Positions 21,538 to 32,778 are shown, counted from the stretch's first letter. The stretch is 64,000 nt of DNA from Pelagomonas calceolata (GCA_918797485.1 CAKKNE010000002.1:5518001-5582000); one strand, 5' to 3'. Translations and numbers: made by a program. Notes: a model not told the origin generated them from the sequence alone.

Positions 21538-22380
21538 TTACCGCGGCCGCTTCCGCGCCGGGGGAAACGCCCTCGAAACTTCACCCGGGTCGAGCGCCAG
21601 CCGCCCGCCGACGTCGCGGCAGACGCGCGGGTCGCCATACACACGGCCGACGGCATCAACAACGCGCCGCTCGAGCTCGTCGACTAGTGAGGGAGGGCAG
21701 TAGCCGTCCCGCGCGGACCGCGCGACGGTCACCATCGCGGGCGGGTTCGATTTTGTACAAAGCAGCGCCGCCTCGAACGCGTCGACGGCTTTCACACAGT
21801 CTTCCACGTCGTCGCAGCCACCGGAAGGGAGCGGCCCCGTCAACCTCGATTCATTGAGCGGCACGCCCGCGAACGGGTCGCGGCACGAAAAGAAGTCGAG
21901 GCACACGTCCAGGATCCAAGGGCCCTCGACGGAGAGGGCCTCTTTGTATGATTCGGTGACGTCCAACCTACAACATTTTGCTTCGCTTAAGACTTCTTGG
22001 CTGTACGCCTTATCCTCGACGAAGTAGCTCAGGGACGAGTCGACCTTCAGGGCTCCTCCTTTATCCACACCGACGGTGATGTCGTATCCACCAACAGCGA
22101 TCTGGTCCGCGAACGTCGGTTTCAACCACGTTATTTTTGACAAGTGGCCCTTCAAAACTAAAGGCCAGATCCACTCGCAGATGCCGTACTCCGACTCGTC
22201 GAGGAAGTCGTACAAGACGCGCGGCGCCTTTATTGCCGAAGCGTCCCGCAGGCACCCCAAATCTGGGTGCGCGTCTATATGAACGAGGTGTATGTTTGTG
22301 AGAGGTAACGCTTTCTTCCGTAGTGCGACGTGGAGCCACGGTAAGGCGTCGTGGTGGTCCTCGACGACGGCGATGAACAT
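21538..22380 (-). CDS. UPF0489 (C5orf22-like) arginase/deacetylase-fold protein
   Basis: VVEDHHDAL, VHIDAHPDL, ILDVCLDFFSC, VARSARDGYCP. Confidence 0.85.
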   Translation of the reverse strand: MFIAVVEDHHDALPWLHVALRKKALPLTNIHLVHIDAHPDLGCLRDASAIKAPRVLYDFLDESEYGICEWIWPLVLKGHLSKITWLKPTFADQIAVGGYDITVGVDKGGALKVDSSLSYFVEDKAYSQEVLSEAKCCRLDVTESYKEALSVEGPWILDVCLDFFSCRDPFAGVPLNESRLTGPLPSGGCDDVEDCVKAVDAFEAALLCTKSNPPAMVTVARSARDGYCPPSLVDELERRVVDAVGRVYGDPRVCRDVGGRLALDPGEVSRAFPPARKRPR

Positions 22381-22675
22381 CTTACGCCATCGATGCGGCT
22401 GCTGTCACCGCTGATCACGCTGCAGCCTCTGCAGGAGGCTGATGAACCAACACCGCGCCGGGCGGCACTACCAGCGCTGCGGGTGCAATCAAATGACCAC
22501 AAATCGATGCGAGAGACCTCACCCGCGCCTATGACGCCTCGTAAAGTGCTGCAGCGCCCATTGCTAGTATGTGTGTCGCTATCACATTATCGGAACGCGA
22601 GCAGGTTGTAGTTGCTGCCAAACAGAGCGAGCACGACAGTAAAAGGTAAACAGCACACGGAGTACATCCTCGCTG

Positions 22676-24238
22676 ATGACGATGAGGCGCTGCCTGACGC
22701 TGCTGGCCCTCGCGGGGTGCCGCGCCTTCCTCCCTCGCCCACCACTGATAACGAGGCTGCGGCCCCTCCGTGAAAGTGCTGGAGACGACTTCCTCGAAAG
22801 CCTGTTCGAGGAGGCCGACCAGCGCGTGGTCGATGACACGCCCGACCGGCCGCCGCGCAATTACGATGCAGCTCCGTACGCGGAGCACGACTACGAGCGC
22901 GCGCAGGACGACGACGGTAGTAGTGTAGACGTCGCCGCCGTCGACGCGTTGTTGGCGGAACGCGTGCAGATGAAAAGACGTAGGCTGTTCGACGAAGCGG
23001 ACGCGATTCGAGACGAACTCCAGAGAGTGCATGGTGTCTCAGTATGGGATCGGGAAAGAGTGTGGAGAACGGGCCGCGGCGGCGGTCGAAACCAGAGGCA
23101 GCGCGGCCCTCCTAGAAGCTTACCGGCGTGCGGCCACGATTACGAATGCGGCAACTCCGATTCATCCCAATCGGGGATGGGTGTGGACGAGATCGACGCT
23201 ATTTTGGCCGAGAGACTACAATGTAAGTTCCGGCGGGACTTCCAGCGGGCCGACGCGCTGCAGGAGGAGCTTTTTAGTATGGGCGTCCGCGTCCACGACG
23301 GCCTGAAGTTGTGGCGCGACGATGGAGGCGGATTTGGCGACGAAATGGGCCGGAACGCGAAAGCAGGCCGACAGAGAAACTCGAGACAAGATCGCGCGAC
23401 GTACACGATGGATCCCGACAGTGACGACGTCGATGACGACGAAAAAATAGAAATCGAGAAGTTAGTGGCGCAACGACTCGAAGCGAAATTTGAGAGAGAC
23501 TACGCGACGGCGGATCAAATCCGGGAGCAGCTGCAGAATGAGTATGACGTCAAAGTGGACGACCGGAAACGGAAGTGGATGGTCGGCGATCGGCCGTTCC
23601 GCGGCGCGCCGGACCTGAACGCTCCTTATACGAGGAGAGGTGGTGGTGATGTCGAGGATGTCGCGAAGGTCGAGGAGTTGGTGGAAGAAAGAGCAGATGC
23701 TAAAGCTCGGCGCGACTATGCCGCGGCCGACGCGATCCGGGACCAGCTCAACGCGATGGGGATATCTGTGGATGATCGCTCAAGGGAGTGGCGCGTGGCG
23801 GACGCGCCCTACGCTCGCGCGCGCGGCGACAGTGCGTCTGTTGATGTCGCGACTGTTGAGGCGCTCGTGGCTGAAAGATCAAGCGCTAAAATAGCAGGGG
23901 AGTACGACACGGCGGACGCGATCCGCGACCGGTTACGCACCGAGTTTGGGGTTTCTGTTGACGATAGGGTGAAGGAGTGGGTCGTGGACGGAAGGCCGGC
24001 GGCCGCGCCGGCGGCGCCGGCGCCCGTCGTGGACGACGAGCCCTTCGTCGTCGTGGACGCGCCTGCCGCAGAAGAGCCCGCCGCGGCCGCCGAGGAGGCA
24101 CCAGCCGGCGGGCAGAGCGAGGAGGAGCTCAGCGCCCTCACGGTACCGGCGCTCAAGGACCTCTGCCGCGCGGCGGGCTTGAAAGTTGGCGGGAAGAAGG
24201 CGGAGCTGGTCGAGCGCATTCTGCGGGGGAGTAATTAG
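22676..24238 (+). CDS. Plastid-targeted protein with five repeats resembling the CysRS C-terminal domain and a SAP domain
   Basis: Signal CRAFLP; five copies of (L.AER..AK..RD(Y/F)..ADAIR..L...G.SVDD....W); C-terminal LTVPALKDLCRAAGLKVGGKKAELVERI. Confidence 0.8.
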   Translation: MTMRRCLTLLALAGCRAFLPRPPLITRLRPLRESAGDDFLESLFEEADQRVVDDTPDRPPRNYDAAPYAEHDYERAQDDDGSSVDVAAVDALLAERVQMKRRRLFDEADAIRDELQRVHGVSVWDRERVWRTGRGGGRNQRQRGPPRSLPACGHDYECGNSDSSQSGMGVDEIDAILAERLQCKFRRDFQRADALQEELFSMGVRVHDGLKLWRDDGGGFGDEMGRNAKAGRQRNSRQDRATYTMDPDSDDVDDDEKIEIEKLVAQRLEAKFERDYATADQIREQLQNEYDVKVDDRKRKWMVGDRPFRGAPDLNAPYTRRGGGDVEDVAKVEELVEERADAKARRDYAAADAIRDQLNAMGISVDDRSREWRVADAPYARARGDSASVDVATVEALVAERSSAKIAGEYDTADAIRDRLRTEFGVSVDDRVKEWVVDGRPAAAPAAPAPVVDDEPFVVVDAPAAEEPAAAAEEAPAGGQSEEELSALTVPALKDLCRAAGLKVGGKKAELVERILRGSN

Positions 24239-24454
24239 ATTGATTCGGACGTGTACGCCACGCGGTGTGCGTGTGGACCTAAGGACCCCGGGCAATATAT
24301 ATACCCCGGGGCCGGGCGCGCGCTCAGGCCAGCGCCCGTCCCCCCGACCGCGGAAACGCAAGTGCCATCGCTCCTAGATACACCTCATCCCTCGACGTGC
24401 GGAAACGACTGCCTCCGCTAGCGATGCTCACGCTCTAGGGAGCAGTCCAAGCTT

Positions 24455-24856
24455 GTGACGGTCTCCGTCCTCAGCAGATGCCACGGCGACTTGGGTCTTC
24501 CCTTTACTATCTCCGAGGGCGGCGAATTGACCAATGCGACCAATACGACATCCTACGAGATCTCCGATAGCTCAGATACGTGTCCGCCACCATTTGGAAC
24601 TGCGACGCCGACCGGGCTAATCGAGCCAAATGACAGCACGCCGGGTAGCGTCGGACTCTGCCAACCCCTAACGAACGAAAAGAGTGTCATCTTCACCGTG
24701 AATGGCAAATGGCCCTGCGCGGCGCCGCAGACGCCCGAACCCACGGCCGCGCCGACGCCCCATCATCATCACCACGATGGGGCCGTCGCCGAGTTCCGCG
24801 ACGCTGCGCTCGGCTCGGTCGTCGTCGCGGCGTTGACGGCGGCCGTTCTCCTTTGA
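24455..24856 (+). CDS. Possible small GPI-anchored/surface protein, start unresolved
   Basis: Cys-spaced Ser/Thr-rich segment, PT-rich linker and hydrophobic C-terminus. No clear ATG. Confidence 0.4.
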   Translation: MTVSVLSRCHGDLGLPFTISEGGELTNATNTTSYEISDSSDTCPPPFGTATPTGLIEPNDSTPGSVGLCQPLTNEKSVIFTVNGKWPCAAPQTPEPTAAPTPHHHHHDGAVAEFRDAALGSVVVAALTAAVLL

Positions 24857-24954
24857 GGAGAAGAAGCATGCGCCGACGAGAAGCGTACGCACATCTGATG
24901 ACCCCGAATCCCGCCCCGCCCCCGTCCCGCTCACACGAGTAACTAGAACACTGG

Positions 24955-26659
24955 TTACCCAAACAGCCCCGGCTTCGACTGCGGTAAAGCGGATTGAAAC
25001 CCCGACGACTCGGAGAACCACTTCGCGTTCGCGGCATCGACCTTGCCTTGCATCATCTCCGGGTTGGCTAACTCAATACCCTGGACCGGCGTGAACACCA
25101 ATGATGAACTGAGACCGTTCGTCGCACCAGAAGACATCTGGATCATCTTCCGCCGTTTTTGGGAGACCTTTGCCTGTTTTTCTTTCTTTTGGGTGGCTCG
25201 CAGGTTGCCGCCCTCCTTGCCCAGCAACCCAAAATCTAGGCCCATGCTGTCGTCGCCGTATTCACCTCCAAGAGTGTGGGCGAAGGCTCTTTTATTCATC
25301 TGCGCGCGCATTTCCGTCGGCCGCGTCTTCTCCTTCCTGTGTGGAAATCAAAATTATACGGCGCGTTCGTGCTGAATCTTCGCGTCGACCTCCACGCCAT
25401 CGATGCGACGCCTGCTCGATGGCGTGGCGATGCCGGTTCCTCGCCGCTCGACGGGACCAGCGCGGCCGCGTCATCGCCATCCCCGACACACTGGTTGATT
25501 TTCACACAGACCGGCACGCTTTCCGGACGCGTCTTCCACCGCGCTTCTTCTTCCCCGTCATAATATCCGGAGGCGGCAGGGCTTTGACCTTCTGGGCTTT
25601 CGGCGGTTCGCAGGCCTTCTCGATCTTGCTCTCGATGTCTTCTCGGAACGACTGCGCCGCCTCGACACCCTTGCTGCGATCCCCGAACGCGTCGAAGCGC
25701 GCACAAAGCGCCGCCTTGTTCGCCACGAGCTTCAGACATCTTTTTCGTAGTGCTGGAGGCGCCTGCTGCACGAGATCGCAAAAGTACAGAACACCAGTGT
25801 GAGGCATGCCCGCGACCATGCCGAAGCCCCCTAGATATCGCTTCTCCTGGCCCATGACCGTCATGTTGCAGGCCGGCACTCGCGCTAGATCAGCTAACCC
25901 GCCGGCCATGCCCACCAACAATGCAGCCAACGACGGTCCCACTAAATGCGTGAGGTTAGGAGCGAGCATCGACATTCGAGACTGGAGGTACTGGAGTATG
26001 GTACCCTTGTCATCTTCCAACCGTAGACAAGCGTCACACCCTCGCATACATTCCCCGAGCTCCGACTCGGTCAAAGGCTGGCCAGATGTCGTACTCCCCG
26101 TCACGGACACGACCATGACGACCGTCGGTGGTAAGATACCGGACAAGTCGACCTGCGTCATGTCCATCTCGTTGCCCATCTGAGCTACTACCCTTAAATA
26201 TTCGAGCTTCGAAGGAACCAACGTCTCCAATTCCGGAAACTTCTTCCCGTACAAATCATTAACGTAGGCGTGGACCTCGTGCAACTCCGCGTCCATCTTG
26301 ACGAGGATTTCATTCGACTCGACAATCAGAGCGTATTCCTCGTCGTCGTCAAAGGACGCGGGCTTTTCGGAGCGTTCCGCGATGGCGGTCATATGACGTC
26401 TATATCGGTCAGATGTTTGGAGCTTTATTTTCGCGTCGACGCCTTCGTTTTTTATGATGTCCTCCATGGCGTCGTCATCTGATTCTTCGAGGTCGTTCGC
26501 GAGTTCCTCGTTCGTTTCTTCTTGTTGTTGCTCTTCGTCGTTGTCTTCCTCGAGCTCGTCGAGGTCATTTAAGAAGCTGTCGGCTAATGTCAAAGCCATG
26601 TTGCCGCGCGGCGCGAGTTCTAAGGGTTGGCCCTGGGGGACCTGCTGCTGCGACGCCAT
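24955..26659 (-). CDS. PRP31: U4/U6 snRNP protein Prp31, 2 exons (intron 25337-25517)
   Basis: LADSFLNDLDEL, YGKKFPELETLV, APNLTHLVG. After splicing: KKRGGRRVRKA|KEKTRPTEMRAQMNKRAF...SGATNGLSSSLVFTPVQGIEL. Confidence 0.95.
25337..25509. mobile_element. Introner-like element in PRP31
   Basis: TIR ctgtgtggaaatcaa / ttgattttcacacag (14/15). The minus-strand GT donor lies 8 nt outside the TIR. Confidence 0.85.
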
Positions 26660-27060
26660 TTTTTGCGGGTGAGCGTCGGCGGCGTCCGGCGGCGGCGTCT
26701 ATATGCGGCGGCGCGGCGGCTGGCGTGCTGTCCGGCCTTAGCAGTGGTGCGGCAGTAGGGGTGCGGCGCGCGTGGAATCGGCGGCGCGCTGTCGGCGCTG
26801 TGCAGCGATGCAGTAATATGGGTCAGGCGTCACCCTTGCGCCCCCGCGACGTGCTTTTTTACTCGACGACGCGCCCCAGCTGCGAGCTAGCGCGGTAAGA
26901 CACTAGCCAGGCACAGCCAAGCAGCTCGGTAAAAGCGTGTGCGAGGCCGCTCGGCCAAAGCTGTAGGTTCCCCAAGGTCTGTGGCCTCCAGACAGACTGC
27001 CGGCGCTGGTGACCGCGATCCCGGAGAGCGCCAACCCAATTTCAGAGGCAGAGAGCCTCC

Positions 27061-27148
27061 AGCCAATTTTTTAAAGGCGCGACGCGACGCGGCGCGCCGA
27101 CCGCGCTCTAGCCAATTTTTTAAGGCCCGGCGACGCGGCGCCGACCGC
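27061..27148. repeat. Imperfect tandem duplication (~45-50 bp) just upstream of the ATG
   Basis: agccaattttttaa(a)gg...cgacgcggcg(cg)ccgaccgc occurs twice. Confidence 0.7.
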
Positions 27149-27159
27149 CAGAACAACCG

Positions 27160-30100
27160 ATGGAGGACTTCCTCGACGCCGCCAAGAATAAATTAGGCGA
27201 GTCCGTCGAGGGCGTCGCGGCGCTCGCGGCCAAGGCCGGCGAGGTCGGCCAGGAGGCGCTCGGCGTGCTCGCGGAGGCGGCGAGCGCCGACGTCGAGAGT
27301 TACGGCGAGGGGATGATGCCGCCACCAGAACCGGAGACGCTCGCGGGTTTATTAGACGCGCTGGTCAAGGCGGACGCCAAAGTGTCTGCGAGAGACGCGC
27401 ACAAGTCGGTGACGAAGAAGGACGCCTTCAAGGATTTGTCGGTGGGCAAGGTCAAGAAGGCGCTGGCCGCCGCCAAAAAGCGGGCCAAGCCCGCCGAGGC
27501 GGCCGCGCCGGCGGCCGCGCCGACGCCTGAGCCGCCCGCGGCGCCGGCCGCGCCGCCGCCGGAGCCGGCCGCGCCGCCGCCGTCGGCGGCCGCGCCGGCC
27601 GCCGACCCTGCCGCCCTCGAGGCGGCCAGAGATAGGGAGGAGCGGGAGCTCGAGCAAAAACTCAGAGCGGCGGGGCGGCGCTACGCGGAGAGCGAGGCGC
27701 GCGCCGCCAAGGCCGAGAAAGCATTAGAGGACGAGCGCAAGGCGGCTCAGATGAAGGCGGACGAGCGGGACGCGGAACTAACAAAGCTGACGCGGCGCGC
27801 CGAGGCGGCCGAGCACAAGGCGAGCCAGAGCGCGTCGGCGTCGGACGAGCTCGCGACGGTGACCGCCGAGCGCGACAAGCTACGAAAGGACGCCGCGGCC
27901 GCCGAGGAGAACGTAGCAAAACTCGAGGCCGACCTTAGCGAAGCGCGCGACGCGTCAGAGAAAGGCAGCGGGCTCGAGGCCGAGCTCCAGGCCGCGCGCG
28001 ACCGCATCGCGACGCTCGAGGCCCAGGTCAACGCGCCGACGGGCGACGCCGACGCCGACGCGCTCCGTGCAAAGGTTGCTCAACTGGAAACAAAAGTAGC
28101 GGCGAACGACAAGGCCATGGCCGAGGCCGGCAAGCGTTTTAAACAATTGAAGGAGAAGGCGAAGCGGCGGGTGGAAGAGGAGAGCGCCAAGCTCAAGCCA
28201 CTGCAGGCCGAGAACGACGAGTTGCGAGCGAGGCTGGCCGACGGGGGCGGCGACGCGCCCGTGCAGGACGATTCGAAAGTGAAGGACTTGGAAAAGGAGG
28301 TGAAGGCCCTCAAGAAGCAGCTCCGCGAGGCGCCGAAGCCGTCTACGTCGTCCGGCGACGAACGTGTGCGAGAACTGGAGCAGGAGCTCGAGTGGGCGCG
28401 AGAAGATAAAGGTGGCGAGGCGGAGTTATTAAGGGAGGAGCTCGCGGAGGCCAAGAAGAAGGCCCATGCGGCGCAGACGCAACGCGCGGCCGAGGTCGAA
28501 CGACTAGAAGAACGTTGTAGAGCTCTAGAACAGCAGAATTCGCAGCAGGGCCAGTCCTTGGTGAGTTTGCGGGGCGACGTCGCCAAGATCACGGATAGTG
28601 AACGGGCGAAGCGCGATGATCTTGAAAAGGAGATCGCGCGCTTGACCGAGGCCGCGTCGAAATTGCAGAAAAAATGTGATGATACTGAAAAAAGACGGGA
28701 GGACGTCGCCGCGGAGCTGAGCGAGGCGCTGGCGAGCGGTGGCGGCGGCGGTGGTGGTGGTGGTGGTGGCGAGGACGCTGAACAGTACAAACGCGAGGCC
28801 GCTTCCGCAAAAAAGAAGCTAGATGCTGTGGTCGAAAGGTACAATACGATGAAGAAGAAGGCCAAAGCTTCATTAGATGAGGCCAAGGCCGAGATCGCTT
28901 CCCTGAAGAAACAGCCTGTTGTCAAAGAGGACTCGGAGGCCTTGGAGCAGGCGCAATCGAAGCTCAAGGCAGTTGTGGAGCGCTACAACGAGCTCAAGAA
29001 GAAGTCCTCTGCTGCGATCAAGGACCTGAAGGCGAGCCACGCCGCTCAAATGAAGGAGGCCGCGTCCTCAAACGCGTCGGCCGACGAGTTGGCCAAGGTC
29101 ACCGCCGAGCGCGACGCGCTGCTCGAGAAAGGTAGTAGTGATGCATCCGCGGAGCTCGCCTCGACGAAGCGCAAGCTCGATGCCGTCGTCGAGCGCTACA
29201 AGCAGCACAAGGCCCAGGGCAAGGCGGCCATCGAGGAGCTCCAAAGGCGCCTCAAGGAGGCGGGCGCCGCGCCGGCCGCCGCGGCGCCGGAGGGCGCGGC
29301 GGGCGGGGACAAGGAGAAGGAAAAGGCCCTGCGCAAGCAGGTCATGGAGCTGCGGAGGGAGCTCGCCAAGGCGAAAAGGGACGCGCGCGCCGCGACGCGC
29401 GCCGCGGCGTCCGGCTCCCAGGACGGCGAGGCGCCCGCGCCGCCGGCGCCCGACGCTGCGGTCAGCGCGGAGCTCGAAGAGGCCAAAGCAAAAGCCGAGG
29501 CGGAGCTAGAAGAGGCCAAGGCCGCGCTCGAGGCCGAAAAGAACAAAACAAAGGCCGCCGAGCAAAAACTCGCCGGCTTCGAGCAACGCGGGAAAGCCGC
29601 GGCCAAGCGAGCTAAAGACGCCCAGGCTCTACTGGACAAGGCTTCTGAACGCGAAAAGATTTTAGTACAACAGGAGGACGCCGCGCGCGCCGCGGCGGCC
29701 GCGGCGGATGCATTAAGGGCCGACGTTGACCGGCGCGCCGCGGACGGGTCGTTATTAGCTGCATTAAGGGCGGACGCGGCGCAAGCTCGACGCGAGGCTT
29801 CGGAGGAACGAGCAAGGGGCGAGGCCAAGCTCGAGGCTGCGGCCAAGGACGCGGCCGCTACTTTGGATAGGTATCGAGCGCGGTCAGCGGCCGCTTTGAG
29901 GAGGGCGGGCGCCCAGTCCATTGATCGAGGAGCGAAAGCGGCAGATTTAGAAGCGCAGTTGGAAGAGCTTCGGGCGGACGCGGCCCACGCGGCCAAAGAA
30001 AGGGACATGGCGCGCGACGACGCCGCGGCCGCACGGCGCGAGGCCGAGGACGAACGGGAGCGTGCTACATCTTTTCAGGCACGCATGGAAGAGTTCGGCC

Positions 30101-30393
30101 GCACGGCGGAGTCGGCCGACGCCGCGGCGCGCGACGCCGGCGCGGAGGCCGAGGGAGCGGTCCAGGCGGCCTTCGCGGCGCGCGACAGCGCGCTGGCCGA
30201 GGCGGCGAACGCGCGCGCGCGCGCGGTCATGCTGGACGAGCAGCTGCGGGATCTGAGACAGCAGGTCGAGCGGGGCGACCCCTTCGTGCTCGTGGACGGC
30301 GACGACGACGACTTCGTGTCGCTCGGGCGCGACGACGGCGTGCGGCTGGACCTCGAGGCGCTGCGGGCCGCGCCGTCGTTCGCGACCGCTTAA
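27160..30393 (+). CDS. Long coiled-coil protein (golgin/myosin-tail-like)
   Basis: 1077-aa A/E/K-rich heptads with three KL(D/K)AVVERY repeats. Confidence 0.8.
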   Translation: MEDFLDAAKNKLGESVEGVAALAAKAGEVGQEALGVLAEAASADVESYGEGMMPPPEPETLAGLLDALVKADAKVSARDAHKSVTKKDAFKDLSVGKVKKALAAAKKRAKPAEAAAPAAAPTPEPPAAPAAPPPEPAAPPPSAAAPAADPAALEAARDREERELEQKLRAAGRRYAESEARAAKAEKALEDERKAAQMKADERDAELTKLTRRAEAAEHKASQSASASDELATVTAERDKLRKDAAAAEENVAKLEADLSEARDASEKGSGLEAELQAARDRIATLEAQVNAPTGDADADALRAKVAQLETKVAANDKAMAEAGKRFKQLKEKAKRRVEEESAKLKPLQAENDELRARLADGGGDAPVQDDSKVKDLEKEVKALKKQLREAPKPSTSSGDERVRELEQELEWAREDKGGEAELLREELAEAKKKAHAAQTQRAAEVERLEERCRALEQQNSQQGQSLVSLRGDVAKITDSERAKRDDLEKEIARLTEAASKLQKKCDDTEKRREDVAAELSEALASGGGGGGGGGGGEDAEQYKREAASAKKKLDAVVERYNTMKKKAKASLDEAKAEIASLKKQPVVKEDSEALEQAQSKLKAVVERYNELKKKSSAAIKDLKASHAAQMKEAASSNASADELAKVTAERDALLEKGSSDASAELASTKRKLDAVVERYKQHKAQGKAAIEELQRRLKEAGAAPAAAAPEGAAGGDKEKEKALRKQVMELRRELAKAKRDARAATRAAASGSQDGEAPAPPAPDAAVSAELEEAKAKAEAELEEAKAALEAEKNKTKAAEQKLAGFEQRGKAAAKRAKDAQALLDKASEREKILVQQEDAARAAAAAADALRADVDRRAADGSLLAALRADAAQARREASEERARGEAKLEAAAKDAAATLDRYRARSAAALRRAGAQSIDRGAKAADLEAQLEELRADAAHAAKERDMARDDAAAARREAEDERERATSFQARMEEFGRTAESADAAARDAGAEAEGAVQAAFAARDSALAEAANARARAVMLDEQLRDLRQQVERGDPFVLVDGDDDDFVSLGRDDGVRLDLEALRAAPSFATA

Positions 30394-30720
30394 CTTCCTC
30401 TCTTGTGAGTTCTTTTAGTGCTTCGGGACGCGTTTTTGCTGGCTAGTGTCTTACAGCGCTAGCGTGGCGCGCGGTGCGAGCCCCCGAGAGCTTGGAGCAA
30501 AGGAGCTACAACGCTAGTTGTGCGGTTGTGGCGAGAGGTCAGCATCACACAGCTCGGCCGAAACCGCATCTCTACTCTCGATTCTCGTGCGAGCGCGCAC
30601 GCTTCTTGACATCAATTTCATCGCTCGTGCAGACTGTGCAGCCGCTTGCGAGGCGCCATAACTGCTCTACCGTCGACTGCGCATCGCTCGTGCGGCACCC
30701 GCAGCTATCAACTAGCATAG

Positions 30721-32778
30721 ATGGACCTCAAGGCCAAGGTCCGCGACCGCCGCCGCGCCAAGGCTAAGGCTAAGGCCAAGGCCAAGCCGAAGCCTGAGAA
30801 GCGCCGCCAGGAGGACGCGGCGGGCAAGCCCAAAAAGGCGGCGAAGCGCCGCCGCGAGGACGCACTGAGCAAGCCAAAAAAGACCGGCGACGACGAAGCG
30901 GAGGCGCCGCGCGCGGGCCGCGTGGTAGCCAGGCCCGCGTGGGACGCGGGCGCCTGGGCGCCGGTGGCCGTGCCGGACGAGTTCTGGACGGGTGTTGATG
31001 ATGCGGCCTGCCTGTCGCTCGAGGAGCTGCCGGGGAGCAGCTACACGGCGCTGCGGAGCGGCCAAAACGTGGAAGAGACCGTGGTCGAAGAAGACGAGGA
31101 ACCGACGCCACGAGCAGCAATGGACGTGACGCCCGACGTCGGCGCGGACCAAATCGAGGCGATCCGCGCGACGTGGTGCGAGGGCCCCCTTTCTCTGAGG
31201 GACGAGCTGCTGGCGTCGCTCTCGCGAATGGCCTTCGCCACCCCAACGCCCTGCCAGGCGGCCTGCATTCCGAAGATCCTGCGGGGCAAAGATGTGGTCT
31301 GCGCGGCCCAGACGGGCTCGGGAAAAACATTAGCGTTCGCCTTGCCGGCGCTCCACGACGCCCTCGCCAATAGTGATGGAGTGCGGTCGTTGGTGCTGGC
31401 GCCGACGCGAGAGCTCGCCCGGCAGATCGCGCAGCATTGTGTGAATGCTTTACCTCGCTCCGTCGACGCGAAGCGCCTCGTGTGTTGCATTGTGGGTGGT
31501 TTAGCCGAGCAGAAGCAGGAGCGGCAACTCGCACTGGCACCTTCTATAGTAGTAGCGACGCCCGGGCGCGCGCGCGAGCTCATCGAGGACGGCAAGGCGT
31601 CGACAGTTGCGAAGGCGTTGGAAGAGAGGACGCTGCGGTTCCTGATCCTCGACGAGGCCGACCGGCTGCTGGCGCCGGGGGCGTTTGCGGACTTCACTCT
31701 ATTAACAAAGAGGTACCTCGTGGACCACGCCGAGCGCCCGCGTAAAAGGTGGCAAACACTTGTGTTCTCCGCAACACTAGCTTGCGGCTCCACTCAGCCA
31801 CGCGACAAGAAGCGGAAGCGCCAGACCGACGCGGATCCTCGAGCACTCCTCAAGGCCGTCGAGCCGCTGCGGAGCCCGACGCGCAAACTGGAAGTTGTTG
31901 ATTTGACGTCATCGAGTAAGAAGGAGGAAGAAGACGACGACGAGGAGGAGAACGTGGCGCTGCCGTCCACATTAACGCTCGAGGCCGTGCGCGTCGTCGA
32001 CGCCGCGAAGCTCGCGACGTGCTACGCGCTGCTGCGGGGCGGTTCATCAAAGGGGAAAACGGTCGTTTTTACTAACGCCATTTCGTCGGTGAAAACTGTG
32101 GCTTCCGCGCTCCAGAAATTGCAGATCCCGCGCGTGCACCCATTGCATGCCGCTTTGCAACAACGCCAGCGGTTGAAAGCTCTCGACGCCTTCGAGAAGA
32201 ATGACGACGCGGTGCTCGTCGCGACGGACGTCGCCGCGCGCGGGCTGGACGTCGCCGGCGTGTCCCTCGTCATTCATTACGATGTGGCCCCAACAATGAA
32301 GCTGTTCGTCCACCGCGCCGGCAGAACGGCGCGCGCGGGCCGGGAGGGGCGGAGCGTGTCGCTGGTGGGGCCGCGCGACGCGGCGCGCCACGAGAGCATC
32401 GAGGCGGCACTCGGCGCGCCGTTCGTTGACAGGAAGATCGACGCGCGCGTCGTCGCGGAGGCCGCGGACCGGGCGCGGCTCGCCAAGAAGCTCGCCGACG
32501 CCGAGCGCCACGCGGCGCGCGACCGTTCAAGTCGCGATTGGGCGCGGCGCGCGGCCGACGCCGCGGACCTCGTGCTCGACGACGACGCGGCTGTTGAAGC
32601 GGGCGGGTCTTCGCAGCGGGACCTCGACGCGATGATAGAAGAGGCCGGCGCCTCGCGGCCGCAGGGGCGCATGGCTGTTGTTAACGCGGACACGCTGCGC
32701 ATGCTCGCCGAGGAGCGAGCGCGCGGCGACAACTGTCCGCGGCCACGCGACAAAAAGAGGCGTAAAAAGCGTAAGTAG
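30721..32778 (+). CDS. DDX24: DEAD-box RNA helicase, DDX24/MAK5-like
   Basis: PTPCQ, AQTGSGKTLAF, PTRELA, GGLAEQKQERQL, DEADR, SAT, LHAALQQRQRLKAL, HRAGRTARAG. Confidence 0.88.
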   Translation: MDLKAKVRDRRRAKAKAKAKAKPKPEKRRQEDAAGKPKKAAKRRREDALSKPKKTGDDEAEAPRAGRVVARPAWDAGAWAPVAVPDEFWTGVDDAACLSLEELPGSSYTALRSGQNVEETVVEEDEEPTPRAAMDVTPDVGADQIEAIRATWCEGPLSLRDELLASLSRMAFATPTPCQAACIPKILRGKDVVCAAQTGSGKTLAFALPALHDALANSDGVRSLVLAPTRELARQIAQHCVNALPRSVDAKRLVCCIVGGLAEQKQERQLALAPSIVVATPGRARELIEDGKASTVAKALEERTLRFLILDEADRLLAPGAFADFTLLTKRYLVDHAERPRKRWQTLVFSATLACGSTQPRDKKRKRQTDADPRALLKAVEPLRSPTRKLEVVDLTSSSKKEEEDDDEEENVALPSTLTLEAVRVVDAAKLATCYALLRGGSSKGKTVVFTNAISSVKTVASALQKLQIPRVHPLHAALQQRQRLKALDAFEKNDDAVLVATDVAARGLDVAGVSLVIHYDVAPTMKLFVHRAGRTARAGREGRSVSLVGPRDAARHESIEAALGAPFVDRKIDARVVAEAADRARLAKKLADAERHAARDRSSRDWARRAADAADLVLDDDAAVEAGGSSQRDLDAMIEEAGASRPQGRMAVVNADTLRMLAEERARGDNCPRPRDKKRRKKRK

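Noticed and set aside
19009..22397. cgccatcgatgcggct at ~19011 and ~22385 as introner relics
   Set aside because: Short match only, with no TIRs, target duplication or splice context.
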